DNA of 64,000 nucleotides from an uncultured virus (IMG/VR IMGVR_UViG_3300034023_001061). Taxonomy: Duplodnaviria; Heunggongvirae; Uroviricota; Caudoviricetes. The position numbers were made by a program, and so were the translations under genes. Location of the stretch: IMG/VR virus record IMGVR_UViG_3300034023_001061; one strand, written 5' to 3'. The notes under the pieces are model-generated. The model ran no database searches and was not told where the DNA came from. It worked only from the letters and a program-made list of their open reading frames with translations. Of the stretch, positions 50,226 through 60,245 are shown piece after piece. Position 1 is the first letter of the stretch. Every line of letters begins with the position of its first letter.

Positions 50226-50969
50226 ATGCGCCGCTCCCACCGCAACAGCCTCGCCGACGCCCTCCCCCTCTTCTCGAACGCCGACGACGTGGCGTACGCC
50301 GCCGACCGCTACGGCGGACTCGCCGACGAACTGCCCGACGCCGCCGACCGGGCGCTCCGTGCGGGCGCGCGGGCGCCTCTGCGCTACCTCGGAGCGGGAG
50401 CGAACGGCATCGTGTTCTGCGACGCCCGCAAGCGAGGCTACAAGGTCGCCCGCTCGCGGGACACGTTCGCGTCGCTCGCCGACGAAGCGGAGTGGCTCTC
50501 CGTCGCCAGCGCCGACCCGACGCTGCGCAGTCACGTCGCGAAGTTCCGCGCGTGGCACCCGACGCTCGGAGTGATCGAGCGCGAGTGCGTGCAAGCGCAG
50601 GATCGCGAGAAGGTGCGAACGTGGGGTCTCGACGATAAACGGTGGAATCTGCACCGCATGATCGGGCGCGTGATGCGCCAGTACGGGTGGTCGGCACCGG
50701 AGTACAAGGACGATTCCTACATCGTCACGCGCGATCGTGGCCTTGTGCTCGTCGATGCGGGCTACGTGCTCCGTCTCGGGAGTCGCCTCGCGCGTGAGGT
50801 TGCGGCGACACACCGCGACCCGTCGGCGTCGGCCTTCGATCGCGACTTCTCGCGCGGCACGCTGCGTTCGGAGTACGGCAGGACGATCCCGCGGATGGCT
50901 GGCGAGCGGCTGCACGATCGCCTCGCGCCACTCCCGAACGGGAACCGTGCGCGGCGTCGCTCGCGCTAG
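50226..50969 (+). CDS. protein kinase-like fold protein with RRSHRN leader and NG-basic tail
   Basis: YLGAGANGIVF glycine loop, YKVA Lys, helix-C Glu and LVLVDAG; catalytic loop atypical (EYKDDS). Confidence 0.55.
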   Translation: MRRSHRNSLADALPLFSNADDVAYAADRYGGLADELPDAADRALRAGARAPLRYLGAGANGIVFCDARKRGYKVARSRDTFASLADEAEWLSVASADPTLRSHVAKFRAWHPTLGVIERECVQAQDREKVRTWGLDDKRWNLHRMIGRVMRQYGWSAPEYKDDSYIVTRDRGLVLVDAGYVLRLGSRLAREVAATHRDPSASAFDRDFSRGTLRSEYGRTIPRMAGERLHDRLAPLPNGNRARRRSR

Positions 50970-51268
50970 ACCGCTTCGAGCTCGAAGACGGGCTTGCTGG
51001 TCTTCGCGGCGTTGACATAGACCGCGTAGGGCCAGTTGGAATCGTCGATGTCCATCTGCGCCACGCGCGCAGTCTTCTTGACGAGACCCTCGTCCTTGAG
51101 CGCGCGGAGAATGTCACCCGCGGTGCCGCTCTCGGCGAGGGTCACCTTGCTCCCGGTGTACGATCGGTCGTTGACTTCGTAACCGTCCCTCGCGTTGCCC
51201 CACACGTCGAGCGTGTAGACCTTGAACGTGACGGACGCGCTGTTCTTCACTGCGCGACGAAAACACAA
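50966..51268 (-). CDS. phage-type hypothetical protein (DVWGN...GYEVND motif)
   Basis: strong codon bias; start codon uncertain. Confidence 0.6.
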   Translation of the reverse strand: MCFRRAVKNSASVTFKVYTLDVWGNARDGYEVNDRSYTGSKVTLAESGTAGDILRALKDEGLVKKTARVAQMDIDDSNWPYAVYVNAAKTSKPVFELEAV

Positions 51269-51313
51269 CCGCCGATGTTCGATCGGTACTTCTCGCGCGC
51301 GGCGTCGAGCGCG

Positions 51314-53171
51314 CTAGACGCCCCACGGCCAGCGCACGGGAATCCAGCGCGAGAGCACGCCGTCGGCTGGCTTCTCCGCGGCCCTACGCCACCAGAACAG
51401 AAGCACCAGCGGGGCACCGACGACGTAGACGCGCCAGTCGAGGATGCCCGCGTGACGCGCGATCGCTCCGATCGTCGCTCCGATGGCAACCCCGACGGGG
51501 ATATTGAATACGCCGTACGGGCCAAACTGGCGCGCGTACCACCGCTTCGGCGGAGGCGGCGGCTGCACCACGTCGGCGGTGCGATATGGCGAACCTGCGC
51601 TACCCACCGCACGCCTCCATTTCGGCGAGCACGTCGGTCGCCGCAGCCCGCAGGCGCAGCCACGCGGCGCCGTGCCACGCGTCGGGCATTCCGAGGAGCG
51701 ACGCGAGCGCCTCTCGCGTGGCGAAGTTTTCGTGTTGCTCGCGCATCATCGCGATCGTCCCCTCCGCGTGGCGCGAGCATTGATAGTCGCCGTACATCGC
51801 GCACTCGTCGCAGTTGTCTTCATCGTCGCGGTCGTCGCCGCAAGCGCACCGATCGTGCCCGCACTCGTCGCAGCGTTCGTCGCCCTCCGCCAACGCTCCG
51901 TCGTCGTGCCTCACGTTCCCCACCCCTTCACCACGGCGCTCGCGGCGGCGAGACGCTCCGCACGCATCGTCGCGTCGCTGGCGTGTTGCTGCACCTTCGC
52001 CAGCGTAGCGCGAGCGTCGTTCGCATCCATCACGGCGCGCTCGGCGTCGAACTGGAGTTCCTGCGCTACTTCGTCCGCGAACTCTTCGAGCGTGTCGCAC
52101 CCCAACACGCAGCCCCCGTAGGTCGTACGCATCCCGACCCACTCGCCCTTGTCGAGCTCCATGACACACCACGATTCGAGCGGAGGGTTGCAGTTGTGAT
52201 CGACGCGCACGATCACGCGAACGTCGTCGTTGCTCGCGAGCGCCGCGAGAACCGGCAGGAGTTTCGCGATCACCGCGGCCTCTTCGGGTGTCGGTTCGCG
52301 CGACACAACCTTGCGGTCGTACTCCGCGTCCGCTTCGATCGTCGCCAGAACAGCGGCGCGGTACTCCGGCGACGCGCCGACCGCATCGCAGATGGGGGTG
52401 GCGAGCGCCCTGAGATCACGCGCGAGAAGTTCGGGCGCGTACCCGTCGAAACTGCGCTTCGCGTTCTCGCGAACGTACGGTTCGTCGGACTCGACGAGTG
52501 CCGCGGTGCCTCGGTAACTCTCGACGCGGTAGCCGTCCCACGCGAAGGCGAGCGTGCGGTCACCGAGCTTGAATTCATGCCACTTCATCTTCTGTCCTCA
52601 CCGAACTCGATGCCGAGCGCGCGGGCGAGTGCTCCCGCCGCGTGGCCCTTTACCTTCGCGCTGGCGGAGTGGCGCGATACCTGAGCACCGCTCCTGCCCG
52701 TCACCACCACCCACGCGTCCCACTGCGCCTTCTCCGCGTCGTGCTCTACGTCGCCGTGCGCCTCGCACCCCGGAAACCGCTCGCGGAGCACGGCGCACAC
52801 CTTCACCAGAACGTCGCCGGAGGTCACTCGGAGGCTCCGAAATCCTGCCACGTCAGGAACGCGAGGGAGCGCGCGAACTTCGCCGACTCTCGCGCTGGAT
52901 ATCGAGAGAACGCCTGAGACTCGAAGTAGTCCGCAGGGCTGACCGACGGCGGCTTGCAGAACGCGGGCTTCGCCGCCCAGCGCATGATCGCTGCGTACGG
53001 GTGCGCGTCGAGTTCCTCGCGCGAGAGCACGGCGGTGTCCCTGCGCGCTTCGAGGTACTTCGTGGCCCACTCCAGCGCGCCGACGTGCGTGTACTTGAGC
53101 ACCAGTTCGATCGCCTGCACGCTCCGTTCGAGCGCGGCGAACTCGTCCGGGTCTACGGTCTCGATGTTCAT
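51314..53171 (-). CDS. operon of hypothetical genes (51314-51607, 51600-51914, 51911-52588, 52585-52827, 52824-53171)
   Basis: overlapping starts/stops; class B motif upstream of 53171. Confidence 0.55.
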
Positions 53172-53266
53172 GCGCCTTCTACGCCGCCAGCGCGGCGATT
53201 CTTCACGGCGCGGGAGAAAATCGGTGGCGGCGTTAGAACGGCGCTGCGAGCGGCGTATGAGGTGGC

Positions 53267-53608
53267 ATGAACCACGAACAATGCAGGGTCGGAATGCATG
53301 TATTCTTCGGTCGCGAGAACGGCGAGAAGACGCTCGGCGAAGTGATCCGCAAGAACCCCACGAAGGCCGTAGTGCGGACGCTGGAGTCGCGCGGAGACGG
53401 TCGCGGGTCGTTCGTCGGCGCCGAGTGGCGGGTGCCCTACTCGATGCTCTCGCCCGCTACGAACGTCGCCGCCAGCGACGCGCCCATCGCGCGACCCGCC
53501 GTCGACCACGAGTCGGTGTTCGCGAGCGTTCGCGCTGCGATCGAGCGCGGCGACAAGGCCGTCGCTGCGCGACTTCTGCGCGGACTCGCGGCGACTCTCG
53601 ACGGGTGA
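53267..53608 (+). CDS. hypothetical protein with SH3-like N-terminal region
   Basis: GAAAATCGG...GTTAGA-18-TATGAG-5-ATG; RVGMHVFF...GEVIRKN...WRVPY. Confidence 0.65.
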   Translation: MNHEQCRVGMHVFFGRENGEKTLGEVIRKNPTKAVVRTLESRGDGRGSFVGAEWRVPYSMLSPATNVAASDAPIARPAVDHESVFASVRAAIERGDKAVAARLLRGLAATLDG

Positions 53609-53617
53609 CCGGCCCGG

Positions 53618-53995
53618 TCAAGCGATGGGACCGCCGACGATCCACGCGCTGCACGTCCGACTCGCCGCGCACTTGAAGTTGAACATCCGGCAGTACCCGA
53701 GTTCGGCCCTCACGATCACCTCGTCGGCGTCGAGGCCGTTGCCCATCGCCAGCCCCTCCTTGATGCAGTCGAGCATCTGCGGAGTGATATCGAACGCAGC
53801 GCAGTTGCCGCAGAGCATCGTGCGCGCCTCCGCGGGGGTGGCGCCCCATCGGCTCGCGAGCGACGCCCAGAAACCGGCGTTCTCCAGCCGCGGGTTCGCC
53901 GGTCCGTAGTGCGCGGAGTCGATCGCGTGTTGACGGTTGGCGAGGTTGAGGATCGTGTCTTGCGTGGGCGCGGGACAGAGGGGGAGTTTTCGCAT
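53618..53995 (-). CDS. Cys-rich metal-binding hypothetical protein
   Basis: CGNC...GYC...FKC...TC-x-AW. Confidence 0.65.
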   Translation of the reverse strand: MRKLPLCPAPTQDTILNLANRQHAIDSAHYGPANPRLENAGFWASLASRWGATPAEARTMLCGNCAAFDITPQMLDCIKEGLAMGNGLDADEVIVRAELGYCRMFNFKCAASRTCSAWIVGGPIA

Positions 53996-54025
53996 GGTGG
54001 GCCTACCTTCTGGTGACGTGAACGT

Positions 54026-54553
54026 TTACTTGCGCTTCGCCTTGCGCGTGGTGCGCTTGGCCTTCGTACGCCGCTTCGGCGCGGCCCTCTTCTTCGCCGC
54101 GGGGCGCTTGACGCTCGCGCGCTTCGCGGTGGCCTTCTTCGCCGACGCGCGCTTCGGTGCCGCCTTCTTGGCGACGCGACGCTTGGCCTTCGCGGGCTTC
54201 TTCGCTGGAGCGCGCTTCGCGGCGACCTTCTTCGCGCGAGGCTTCGCCGCACCGCTGGCACCGCAGAGCGGGATCGACGAGTCGCGGTACAGCCTCTTCT
54301 GCATCTCGACGATCTTCGCCGCGCCCTCGCGAACGGCGTCGTCGAAGCCACGCTGGTAGTCCGCGACGAACTCGCGCGACACCTTGCGCAGCGGGTGCCA
54401 TTCGACATCGCGCATCCGCTTGTCGCCAGCGATGATCGCGTCGGCGGCTTCGTCGGCGCAAGCGCCGATGCGAACCGTTGCCACGCTCGCCATCTTCTTG
54501 CCCCAGTCGTGCCCCGTATCGTAGGCGACGTGCGCCCCGGAAATCGTTTTCAT
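54026..54553 (-). CDS. histone H1-like protein with Lys/Ala/Arg-rich tail
   Basis: C-terminal KPRAKKVAAKRAPAKKPAKAK...KAKRK; TTGCGA-17-TAGCGT-6-ATG. Confidence 0.75.
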   Translation of the reverse strand: MKTISGAHVAYDTGHDWGKKMASVATVRIGACADEAADAIIAGDKRMRDVEWHPLRKVSREFVADYQRGFDDAVREGAAKIVEMQKRLYRDSSIPLCGASGAAKPRAKKVAAKRAPAKKPAKAKRRVAKKAAPKRASAKKATAKRASVKRPAAKKRAAPKRRTKAKRTTRKAKRK

Positions 54554-54631
54554 CCCGCGACGCTACCCGAACGTGCCGGGAATCGCAATCGCCCCGTGAC
54601 ACCGCCAGCGACGATACGGTACAATCGCCGT

Positions 54632-55372
54632 ATGCAACGTACGTGGCGTCAAGTCGGGGACCGCTGGTGGTTCTCGCTCCCGTGGTCGATCGGACTCGAA
54701 CTCCGACGTGTCGGTTCGCGGACGGTCGGTTCGTTCGTACTGTTCCGTGACGGGCGCGAGGTGTCCCGCCACAACCTGCTCCCGCAAGCGCAGGGCGCCG
54801 TCGCGGAACTCGAAGCCCCGGCGACGCAGCCCGACGACCTCCGCGGGTGGCGCCCGACGCGCGAGAGCGTCCGCAACCCCGGTCGCACCCTCCCCGCGAT
54901 CGTCGACCGCTGCGTGGCGCACGTCGCCCCGCGCCTCAAGGATCGCGGCCCCCGTGGCGCGCTCTCGGGCGCCGTCGCGATCTGCACCGCGCAGGCGCAG
55001 AAGCGTGGGGCACTCAAGAAGGGCTCTCGCAGCCTCACGGCGCGCGGCAAGCGCGAGGAGCGCAGCGCAACCCGTCGCAAGGGCTACAAGGCCGACACGC
55101 GGGCGGTGAAGGCCCTCGCGCGCGAGGCACGGGAGGCTCCCCCGCTCGACCCGCGCATCGTCGCAATCGCGACCGTGCTCCGCGAACGTCAACCGGCGAA
55201 CCTCGCCGACGTGGCGTTCGCGATCAAGATGAAGCGCGCCGACGCTCGCAAGTTCGTCCGCGCTGCGGCGACCCGCGCTGCGGTGGCGAAGTTCATGGGG
55301 GCGAAGAAGGTCACCTACACCGCGAGCAAGAAGAGCATCGGGCACGACTTGCTCGCCGTGGTGTCGAAGTGA
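54632..55372 (+). CDS. basic multi-domain protein with internal RESVRNP motif
   Basis: GTGACA-18-TACAAT-6-ATG; C-terminal domain paralogous to ORF 56229. Confidence 0.7.
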   Translation: MQRTWRQVGDRWWFSLPWSIGLELRRVGSRTVGSFVLFRDGREVSRHNLLPQAQGAVAELEAPATQPDDLRGWRPTRESVRNPGRTLPAIVDRCVAHVAPRLKDRGPRGALSGAVAICTAQAQKRGALKKGSRSLTARGKREERSATRRKGYKADTRAVKALAREAREAPPLDPRIVAIATVLRERQPANLADVAFAIKMKRADARKFVRAAATRAAVAKFMGAKKVTYTASKKSIGHDLLAVVSK

Positions 55373-56229
55373 GTGCGCGACTGGAGCGGTACAACGTTCG
55401 GCGGTCGCGAAGGAATCCCGACGCTGCCGTCGCGGATGCAGAGTGGGTAAACGCACGCAAGGGCACCCTCTGTGACCCATTCTTGGCGAGCGAAGCCATC
55501 GCGATGCTCGACTCCTCGTATCGTGGCATCGGAGGCAATGCGACGTTCAGATCCGCCTCCGACCTCTGCGACGACGAGTACGACGCGGTGGAACTGCTTC
55601 TGTCCGGCGACCGACTGAGGGCCGTCCGTATTTCCAAGACGACGCCGTTCGGCGTGAAGTGCGTCGCAATCGCGACCGATGGTTCCGACCTCGCCCGCGC
55701 CAGCATGAAGCAGAAAACGATGGACTGGTATCGCCAGCCCGGACAATACGGCGAGGTTTCGGGGGCGATTGCTGCACTGGCGCTCAAGGCCAAGTCCCCG
55801 GTCGTCACCGACCATGCCACCGTTGAGAGAGTGCTTGGCAAGCGAGTCCAGTGGCACGGAGCGCACCCGGACGGCGAGTTCCCCGGAACGTTCGGGTGGT
55901 ACACCCGTTCCATCGGTGGGCACCCTCACGTCAAGATCCTCGTCGGCACACCGCGCGTGAGTCGCGACAATGGTCGCCGATCAGCGCCAAACGGCACCGC
56001 ATGGTCGCTCGACGTTCGTGTCGTCGGGGCGCGTCAAACCGAACCGCAGCCGATTCTCGGAGTCCGCGGGGAAACCGCTGCGAAGCGCATGGCAAGCACT
56101 ATCCTGCGAGAAGTCTACCGCGACGGTGGGCGTGAATTCCGCGAGGCGTACCTCTCCCGTGTTCGCCCCGACGGCTTCGTGATCGTGCAATGGCGCCGCG
56201 TCAACGGGCGCTGGATTCTCAACCTCTGA
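55369..56229 (+). CDS. two-domain protein with RRSRRNP leader and internal RRSAPNG motif
   Basis: GTGA overlap; motif positions. Confidence 0.65.
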   Translation: MSARLERYNVRRSRRNPDAAVADAEWVNARKGTLCDPFLASEAIAMLDSSYRGIGGNATFRSASDLCDDEYDAVELLLSGDRLRAVRISKTTPFGVKCVAIATDGSDLARASMKQKTMDWYRQPGQYGEVSGAIAALALKAKSPVVTDHATVERVLGKRVQWHGAHPDGEFPGTFGWYTRSIGGHPHVKILVGTPRVSRDNGRRSAPNGTAWSLDVRVVGARQTEPQPILGVRGETAAKRMASTILREVYRDGGREFREAYLSRVRPDGFVIVQWRRVNGRWILNL

Positions 56230-56531
56230 TGCCCCGCCCGCCGCCCGACTTCTCACGCCTCGCGCGGGCCTACGCCGCCGCGGAGCACGCTCGCCCTCGA
56301 CGTGCGCCCGACGCCCGCTACGCCGTGGCGGCGCGGGTGCTCCGCGAGAAGCACCACGCGAAACTCTACGACCTCGCAGTGGCGATGCTCACGCCGCTCG
56401 ACGACGCGCGAACGTTTCTGCGCCGCCCCGAAGTGCGCGACGAACTGGCGAGGATGCTCGGCGCCGTGAGGGTGGCGTACACCACCGCGCGCCTCCTGCG
56501 CAACGACGTGATCGAGGCGGTTTTCTTGTGA
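56229..56531 (+). CDS. hypothetical protein, possibly HTH-like
   Basis: VLREKHHAKLYDLAV...DDARTFLR...LGAVRVAYT aligns with VLRERQPANLADVAF...ADARKFVR...MGAKKVTYT. Confidence 0.6.
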   Translation: MPRPPPDFSRLARAYAAAEHARPRRAPDARYAVAARVLREKHHAKLYDLAVAMLTPLDDARTFLRRPEVRDELARMLGAVRVAYTTARLLRNDVIEAVFL

Positions 56532-57448
56532 AGCGCCGCAGCACCCGCAACCCGACGATGCTCCCCACCGGCAAGAGCGAGTGGGCGCAGCACTACGTCA
56601 TCGACGCGAGCGACCCGCCGACGATACGCGAGGTGATCGACGCCTACGCGAACGGCAACGCGCAGGCGCGGCAACCGTTCAACGACAACGGCGACCTGTT
56701 GCCGATGGCGCACTACACGCTCGGCGATGTGATGCGCGACGTTCGACCGGGCAACTTCTTGCGCTACGGGAGCGCGACGCCGAAGTTCCGCGCGCTCAAG
56801 GGGCAACTGCGCCGGTACGGCCAGCGCGTGCCGTTGATGATCGAGGTTGACCGCAAGGGCGTCGCGCAAGTCGGCGAGGGTAACCACCGCGTCGCGGCGT
56901 TGCTCGCGATGTACGGCCCGTCGCACCGCGTCGGCGTGAGGTTCGTGTTCAACCGCTACCCGATCACGACGCACGCGGGCTTGACGTGGGCGACCGCCGA
57001 TCGTGACCCCGTAGCAAGACGTTCGGAGCGCAACGGCGCTCCGTCCCCATACACCGACCCGTCGCTGCGCGATGCGATCAAGCGACGCATCATGGCGGGC
57101 AGCAAGGGCGGGAAACCGGGCCAGTGGTCCGCGCGCAAGGCGCAACTCGTCGCCGCGGAGTACGCCGCTGCGGGCGGCGGCTACCGCTCCGGTGCACGCA
57201 CCGCGGCGCAACGTTCGTTGCGCAAGTGGACGGGCGAGAAGTGGACGACGAGTGATGGTAAGCCCGCGATCCGCAAGGGCGGCACCGTGCGCTACCTCCC
57301 GCAGTCCGCGTGGGCCACGCTCACCCCGGCGCAGCGTGCGGCGACGAACCGTAAGAAGCGCGCGGGCTCGCAGGCGGGCCAGCAGTTCGTGAAGAATACC
57401 CGCGCTGCGGCGAGGGCGGGCAAGGCCGCGCGCTCGCGGCGGCGGTAG
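56528..57448 (+). CDS. ParB-like domain fused to a DUF5872-like basic domain, each preceded by an RRSxRN[P/G] motif
   Basis: MKRRSTRNP; VGEGNHRVAAL; RRSERNG; KGGKPGQWSARKAQL...GGGY...SLRKWT.EKW. Confidence 0.75.
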   Translation: MKRRSTRNPTMLPTGKSEWAQHYVIDASDPPTIREVIDAYANGNAQARQPFNDNGDLLPMAHYTLGDVMRDVRPGNFLRYGSATPKFRALKGQLRRYGQRVPLMIEVDRKGVAQVGEGNHRVAALLAMYGPSHRVGVRFVFNRYPITTHAGLTWATADRDPVARRSERNGAPSPYTDPSLRDAIKRRIMAGSKGGKPGQWSARKAQLVAAEYAAAGGGYRSGARTAAQRSLRKWTGEKWTTSDGKPAIRKGGTVRYLPQSAWATLTPAQRAATNRKKRAGSQAGQQFVKNTRAAARAGKAARSRRR

Positions 57449-57449
57449 G

Positions 57450-59402
57450 CTACGGCACGTAGCCGTTCCGCGCGGCGGTGTGGCACCACGCGCGGGCGGA
57501 CTCGACCGCGGATTCGAGGGATGCGCGTGCTTCGATCGAGCCTACCAGCCTGTACGACGGGTGCTCCGGCCCTCCGTCTGACAGCGCATCCATCGCTCGA
57601 CCGGCGACGATCGTGTAGTGCTCCGTCTGCCACTGCTTGAGATCGTCGCGCAGGTTCTCCGACCACGGCAGCGCGAGCGTGACGCGGTAACGGTCCTTCA
57701 CCACTTCTCCGCCGCGTGCGCTGCTCGTCCCCGGTAGCCACTTCGCGCGCTCGACTCGCTCGCGAACCTCCCACGCGATGCCGTCGGTTACGCCGGTTGC
57801 GAGGCACTCTCCGAACACGCGGTCGTTCTGCAAGGCGCGGAGCTCTTCGGGCTTCATCGCGCCTCCATCGCGGCGTTGTACGCCGCCAGCGCGTGTGGCT
57901 TGACGTGATCCCACACCACGTCGACCGACTCGGCGAACCGCTCGACGGCGCGCAGTTCCTCCGCGACGTACGGCGCCGCAGCGAACTGCGGGAGGTTCGC
58001 CGGAACGTTCGTGTTCGCGCCGATGTTCGCCGCGTGCTCGACGACGCGCTGTTCGTTTCGGGTGAGGTTGCAGTGGTCGGTGAGACAACCGAGAACGCAG
58101 GCGAGGGTGTGGCTCACCGCGACCTCAGTTCGCGCTCGCGTCGCTCGATCGCGCGGAGCAAGCGGTAGTGCGCCACCGTGTTGAGGTGCGACTCCGCGAG
58201 CACCATGCGGAGGCCAGCGCCCTCCGACACCCGCTGCATCGCGGCGATGTTCTCTTCGATCGTTGCCGTGACTCGCGCGTCGCGGGCTTCTTTTTCGTGC
58301 GTCACTTGTCTCTCCGCTTGTTCTTGGCGATGGCTCTCAACTCGCGCGCGACTTCTCTCAAGCGACTCGCAAGGGCGTCGGCTTCGGGCGCGGTGAGGAT
58401 TGTCTCGTGATGAGTAGAGTACATGCTGGACGCTTGCCCGCAGGCAACGGAGAGCCTTGCGATCGGCATACCCTTGCTCGATTGATCGTGCTCCTCGCGG
58501 GAAACCTCGACGGTGATCGTTGGGCCATCGTCGGTGATTATTTCGAGGGGTTGCACTTCGCCACCGCCCACGTTGGGATGTTCGCGCGCTCGATGGCGCG
58601 CAGGTTGTTTGCGCTGGCGTAGGCGAACATCGCCTCGATGCCAGCCTCGGTGATCTTGTACACGATCCTGCACTTAACCCTTATCCACGCGTACCCGTCG
58701 ACAAGCCCGCGCTTCTTGAGAGCGACGTACGTTCTGCGCGGCACTAAAAACGAATGGCCGTCGCCGCTAGAGATCGTTTTTAGCGCGACGTACTGCGCGC
58801 CAGTGATGCTTGCCATGCGCGGTGTGACGTGGCCCGTGAGGCGCGTATTCAGCGCGTGCGGCGCGCTACTTCGAGGCTTGCGATGCGATGTACCTAAACA
58901 CCTCGCTGAGATTCTTGAAACGATGCTGCACACCCTCACTATCGGTGATGATGCGACCGCGCTTAGGACCACGCGTGATCTTCGTGCCGCAGTGGTAGAA
59001 GTCGCCGATCGCTCCCTTCGCGCGAGGCAACTCGGCGACTTCGATGCACCCTCTCAGCGCCCGCACTTCGTAGCGCGAAGGCTCCGCTGCGATTTTTTCG
59101 ATCATGCAGTCGGGGAGGTGAATATCTGCATAATCCACGAGGTTGCGTTTCATGGTCACTCTCTTCTACGGTGATCGTCCGACGGACTAGTCCCGCACGC
59201 CCTGCGAGCGGAGGTACGCCCGCTCGGCGTAGAACTCACGCTCCGCGACCTCGGGGTCGCCGCCCTCGCGCGCTGCGAGCGCGGCACGCTCGAAGGCACG
59301 CTCCGACGGAGCGACGGTCGCGTCGGCGGGCGGGCACACACGCACGCCGCGGTCGCGGCGAAACAGGCAGACCTTGCACTGGCAATCGGTGGGGTGATTC
59401 AT
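57450..59402 (-). CDS. cluster of small hypothetical genes (57450-57857, 57854-58117, 58114-58305, 58538-58816, 58866-59153, 59187-59402 and one more near 58302-58541)
   Basis: overlapping starts/stops; class B motifs. Confidence 0.5.
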
Positions 59403-59455
59403 AGTGCTTCTCTTACGGCGTGGGCGACGCGAACCTTACGGTGCCGCGTCGATTT

Positions 59456-59791
59456 TCAGCGGCGGCGGGCGGCGCGCTCGGCTTCGCGCACGGCGTCCTG
59501 CTTCGCGGCGGATTCTTGCCACTCGACAAGCGCCTCGAACGCTTCGCGCTTCGTCGGGATCGGGTCAGAGAACGAACTACTATCGGCAGCGTCTTCGATC
59601 ATCCAGTTGCCGCGCGCGTACGTCTCGGCGTGCTCGTTGGCGCGACGGTAGAGCGAGAACCGAAGGTCGGGCGACACGTAGAAGCCAGCGTGAACCTCGA
59701 TTACGGGAACGCCGAGAACGGTCTTGAGGGTGCCGTAGACTTCGTGGCCCTTCGGGGCGCCGGGGGAGACATTGACGCGCTGGTTCTTCAT
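59456..59791 (-). CDS. hypothetical protein, tandem paralog A
   Basis: GTLKTVLG..VIE...YVSPDL.F...SDPIPTKREA; own class B motif. Confidence 0.7.
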   Translation of the reverse strand: MKNQRVNVSPGAPKGHEVYGTLKTVLGVPVIEVHAGFYVSPDLRFSLYRRANEHAETYARGNWMIEDAADSSSFSDPIPTKREAFEALVEWQESAAKQDAVREAERAARRR

Positions 59792-59847
59792 AGTGCCACC
59801 TTGTACGTCGCTGGCGACGGCGACCTTACGGCGCCCCGCTGATTTTC

Positions 59848-60189
59848 TCAGCGACGGAACGCGGCGATGCGCGCGGCGCGCTCCTCGGCGTCCTGCTTCG
59901 CCCACCGCACGAGTTCGGTGAGCGCCTCGCGCTTCGTCGCGATCGGGTCGGAGTGATCCTTGCCCATCGTCTCCCGCACGATCCACCCGCTCCAGTCGAT
60001 ACCGTCGCGTCCCTTATAGAAGCGCACGGCCTCGAAATGGAGGTCTTCGGACACGTACGACCCGCCCTTCGTTTCGATCACGCGCAGCCCGTACAGGGTG
60101 CGGAGCGTGCCGGTCGCCGGGGTAACGCCGGGGGCGAGGTACTGAAGGTCTTCGGGGCGGGTGAGGCAGACGGTGGCGTTGCGCTTCAT
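59848..60189 (-). CDS. hypothetical protein, tandem paralog B
   Basis: GTLRTLYG..VIE...YVSEDL.F...SDPIATKREA; own class B motif. Confidence 0.7.
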   Translation of the reverse strand: MKRNATVCLTRPEDLQYLAPGVTPATGTLRTLYGLRVIETKGGSYVSEDLHFEAVRFYKGRDGIDWSGWIVRETMGKDHSDPIATKREALTELVRWAKQDAEERAARIAAFRR

Positions 60190-60245
60190 GGTGCCCCTTG
60201 TACGCCCGCTGTCGAGGCGACCTTACGGCACCCTGCCGATTTTCT
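60190..60245 (-). promoter_or_regulatory. class B promoter-like motif (type example)
   Basis: AGAAAATCGGC-N8-GTAAGG-18 nt-TACAAG-7 nt-ATG. Confidence 0.7.

Noticed and set aside
50966..51268. RRAVKNS as another RN-type tag
   Set aside because: It depends on an uncertain TTG start; a GTG at 51250 would remove the motif.
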